Source: Vicinamibacteria bacterium (lineage in GTDB: Bacteria > Acidobacteriota > Vicinamibacteria > Marinacidobacterales > Marinacidobacteraceae). From it: a DNA stretch of 64,000 bases. Shown here piece after piece: positions 61,850-64,000 of the stretch. The notes beneath the pieces were generated by a model. That model was not told the origin of the DNA, did no database searches, and worked only from the letters and a program-made list of their open reading frames with translations. A program made the position numbers and the translations under genes. How positions within the stretch are numbered: position 1 is the first letter of the stretch; each line of letters starts with the position of its first letter. The stretch covers positions 96,001 through 160,000 of the forward strand of contig CBDATA010000001.1 in the NCBI GenBank assembly GCA_965199715.1, read 5' to 3'.

Positions 61850-63888
61850 TACTGCGGCTCCCCCATGTTGCGCGGGGTCTCCGGATCGACGAGCTTCACC
61901 GCCCACAGACCCGAGTTCCAGTCAGAAAAGAAGATGTGGCCCTTGAAGGGCTGCGGCCCCCACACGAAGGGCGCGTTCCGCTTGTACCCGTCCGGGTCGG
62001 CGGGCTCGAAGAACGCGATCTCGCGTCCTTGCTGGTACAGGTCGCCGCGAAGGTCGCCCGACACGTCCACGACCCGCAGCCCGGCGTTGTAGTAGCCGAC
62101 GTAGAGGATGTCGTCCTCGACCCACAGGTTGTGGGTGCCGGCCTCCGGCACCATGTAGCGCGCCACTTCCCGGCCTTCCCCGGTCTCTTCGTTCCACTCG
62201 GCGATGTGCACCCAGCCGGCGGCCCGGTCGGGAAGGTCGCCCTCGGGCTCGAAGGAGAACGGGAAGTTCTCGTCACCCGCGAACACCAGCATCTTTCCGG
62301 TGGACTCGCTCCGATACGGGAAGCCCGCGTGGTTCCAGCCGTTCGGGTACTTGAAGCTGCCCATCATCACCGGGTTGTTCGGGGCGCCGCCCATGCCGCC
62401 GCCGCCGATATCGACGGCGACCACGCCGTCGGCCCAGTTGGACGACCAGGCGATCCCATCCTGGACCCAGACGTCATGGATGCTGTGGCCGGGAGTGTCC
62501 AGCTCGAAGCGGCCCACGCGGTACGGGTTCTCCGGATCCTCGGCGTTCAGGATGTCGTAGCGCCGCCCGGCGGAGAGCGCGAGGATGTGGTTGTCGGCCA
62601 CGAACACGTTGTGGACGCCGCCGGTCAACTGGTCGTCGTAGCGCGACAGGATGCGCACTCCGTCGGTGGGATTCGTCACGTCGAGAACCACGAGGCCGTT
62701 GCGCCGGTCGGAGGCGCCTTCCCGACCGATGACGGCGAACTTGCCGTCCGGCGAGACCTTCACGTCGTTCACGGTGCGGGCGTCCACCCGGACGGTGTCC
62801 ACGAGGTGGATGCTGGCCGGGTCGGTGACGTCCCAGAAGTAGGCGTGCCCGTCGGCGCCCCACGTGCCGGTGATCGCGTAGTCCTTGCCGTCCACGCCCT
62901 CCCAGACCCACAGATCCGAGGTGTGGCGGTCGCGGACCGGTCCCCGTCCCACGATCTCCCAGTCCTTGCGAAGGTTTCTCGGGGCCGCGCGGACCGTGGC
63001 GCGGGCGGTCAGGTTCCCGCCCCGCGCGACGACCGTGTGCAGTCCGGGCCGCTCGGCCACGAAGGCCCCGTCCGGCTCCACGAATCCGGCGGCGCCGGGC
63101 GCGATCAGGTTCTCCGGGGTGCGGACGAAGGTGGAGAACTGCACCGGGTAGTCGGGCACCTCGGCGCCGGAGCCGTCCACGGCCCGCGCCTCGAACCAGA
63201 CCACGTCGCCCGTCCGCACCTCGGTCTCGGCGGCGCTCAGCTCCAGCCCGACCGCGGGGTTCTCGCGAACCATGACCGACATCGAGCCGCTCGCCTCGTC
63301 CGCGGTCGCGGTCAGCGTGGCGGACCCGGCGCCGACGAGCATCAGGCCGCCGTGCGCCGTCACCCGCGCCACCGACTCGTCGCTGGAGCTCCACGCGATG
63401 TCCGGGGTCCGCTCCGCGCCCGAGGCGTCCATCGCCTGGGTCCCGAGCGGAGTCTCGGTGCCGGCGTAGAGGTTCGCCGGCAGCGGCTGGATCTCGACCT
63501 GCGAGATCGGCGGCCACGGGATCGTCACCGGGATCTCCATGGAGAGCAGCATCTCGGCGCGCCGGTCGTCGGAATCCGGGTCCGCCGGCACCATGGCGAC
63601 CAGCAGGTGCTCGCCGGGCCGATACGCCTCGACCGCGCCAGCCGGCGTCACGCCGACGGACCGGCGCGCGCGCGAGAAGAACACGACGCGCCGGTCGATC
63701 GCGTTGCCGGCCGAGTCGGTCACGACCGCGCTCAGCTCGGCGGTGTCGCCGACTTCGAGCGTCAGCGCGGCCGGCTCGACGCGGAGCTCCGTCGGCTCCT
63801 GGGCCGACCCCAGCGACGCGGCCATGACGGCCAGAAAGGTCGCCGCGACGCGGGGACGAGCAAGGGAATCACGCAAGCGTGCCGGCAT
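61849..63888 (-). CDS. Secreted Ig-like + LVIVD-repeat beta-propeller protein (paralog D)
   Basis: Same architecture, most divergent copy; AGGAG RBS favours ATG 63888; TAATG overlap downstream. Confidence 0.85.
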   Translation of the reverse strand: MPARLRDSLARPRVAATFLAVMAASLGSAQEPTELRVEPAALTLEVGDTAELSAVVTDSAGNAIDRRVVFFSRARRSVGVTPAGAVEAYRPGEHLLVAMVPADPDSDDRRAEMLLSMEIPVTIPWPPISQVEIQPLPANLYAGTETPLGTQAMDASGAERTPDIAWSSSDESVARVTAHGGLMLVGAGSATLTATADEASGSMSVMVRENPAVGLELSAAETEVRTGDVVWFEARAVDGSGAEVPDYPVQFSTFVRTPENLIAPGAAGFVEPDGAFVAERPGLHTVVARGGNLTARATVRAAPRNLRKDWEIVGRGPVRDRHTSDLWVWEGVDGKDYAITGTWGADGHAYFWDVTDPASIHLVDTVRVDARTVNDVKVSPDGKFAVIGREGASDRRNGLVVLDVTNPTDGVRILSRYDDQLTGGVHNVFVADNHILALSAGRRYDILNAEDPENPYRVGRFELDTPGHSIHDVWVQDGIAWSSNWADGVVAVDIGGGGMGGAPNNPVMMGSFKYPNGWNHAGFPYRSESTGKMLVFAGDENFPFSFEPEGDLPDRAAGWVHIAEWNEETGEGREVARYMVPEAGTHNLWVEDDILYVGYYNAGLRVVDVSGDLRGDLYQQGREIAFFEPADPDGYKRNAPFVWGPQPFKGHIFFSDWNSGLWAVKLVDPETPRNMGEPQ

Positions 63889-63931
63889 GGGGAGCATTCT
63901 CCTTCGGTCCGCGACAGGGAACGAACCCGCA

Positions 63932-63960
63932 ATTCTCGCCGTTCCCGCCAACCGCCGCAA
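63932..63960 (-). promoter_or_regulatory. Candidate promoter for the propeller operon
   Basis: Minus strand reads TTGCGG-N17-GAGAAT upstream of paralog D. Confidence 0.35.
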
Positions 63961-64000
63961 GCGGGCGGGCGCCGGGGGTCAGCCCCAGATGTCGCGGACG

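Noticed and set aside
54632-63888. Repeated DNA blocks as a CRISPR array or diversity-generating retroelement
   Set aside because: They are coding paralog similarity at ~2-kb spacing; no repeat-spacer pattern, no cas or reverse transcriptase gene, no evident adenine-specific variation

Overview
A very GC-rich, gene-dense chromosomal window from a diderm bacterium (TolC, TonB-dependent receptors, pseudopilins). The gene style suggests Acidobacteriota, but that is inference only. About 55 real CDSs are supported; most other entries in the ORF track are GC-driven shadow ORFs. Housekeeping content: truA-uppS-cdsA; an inverted dxr-rseP block; OSBS/NSAR-cyclophilin-HAD-tgt-yajC-secDF; a tonB-tonB-exbB-exbD-exbD-TPR lipoprotein cluster; rel; an HCF101-like Mrp; two tandem TonB-dependent receptors; korAB; Ku plus a ligase-only NHEJ ligase; an erpA operon; clpB, kbl, queG, fprA and smpB; and a partial T2SS/pilin module. 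The best candidate for an undescribed system is the minus-strand unit at about 51.3-63.9 kb. It has four tandem paralogous secreted Ig-like + LVIVD beta-propeller proteins with conserved blade-start histidines and two co-varying specificity classes, a YVTN/YncE propeller carrying a His/Met-rich loop, a small membrane protein and an FAD/Fe-S dehydrogenase, nearly all translationally coupled. Other notable observations: a probable ACG start for truA, a CdsA-TPR fusion, a gene-conversion-like block between the two receptors, back-to-back -10 elements with leaderless genes, and Gln at +1 of almost all exported proteins. No rRNA, tRNA, CRISPR array or mobile element was seen.
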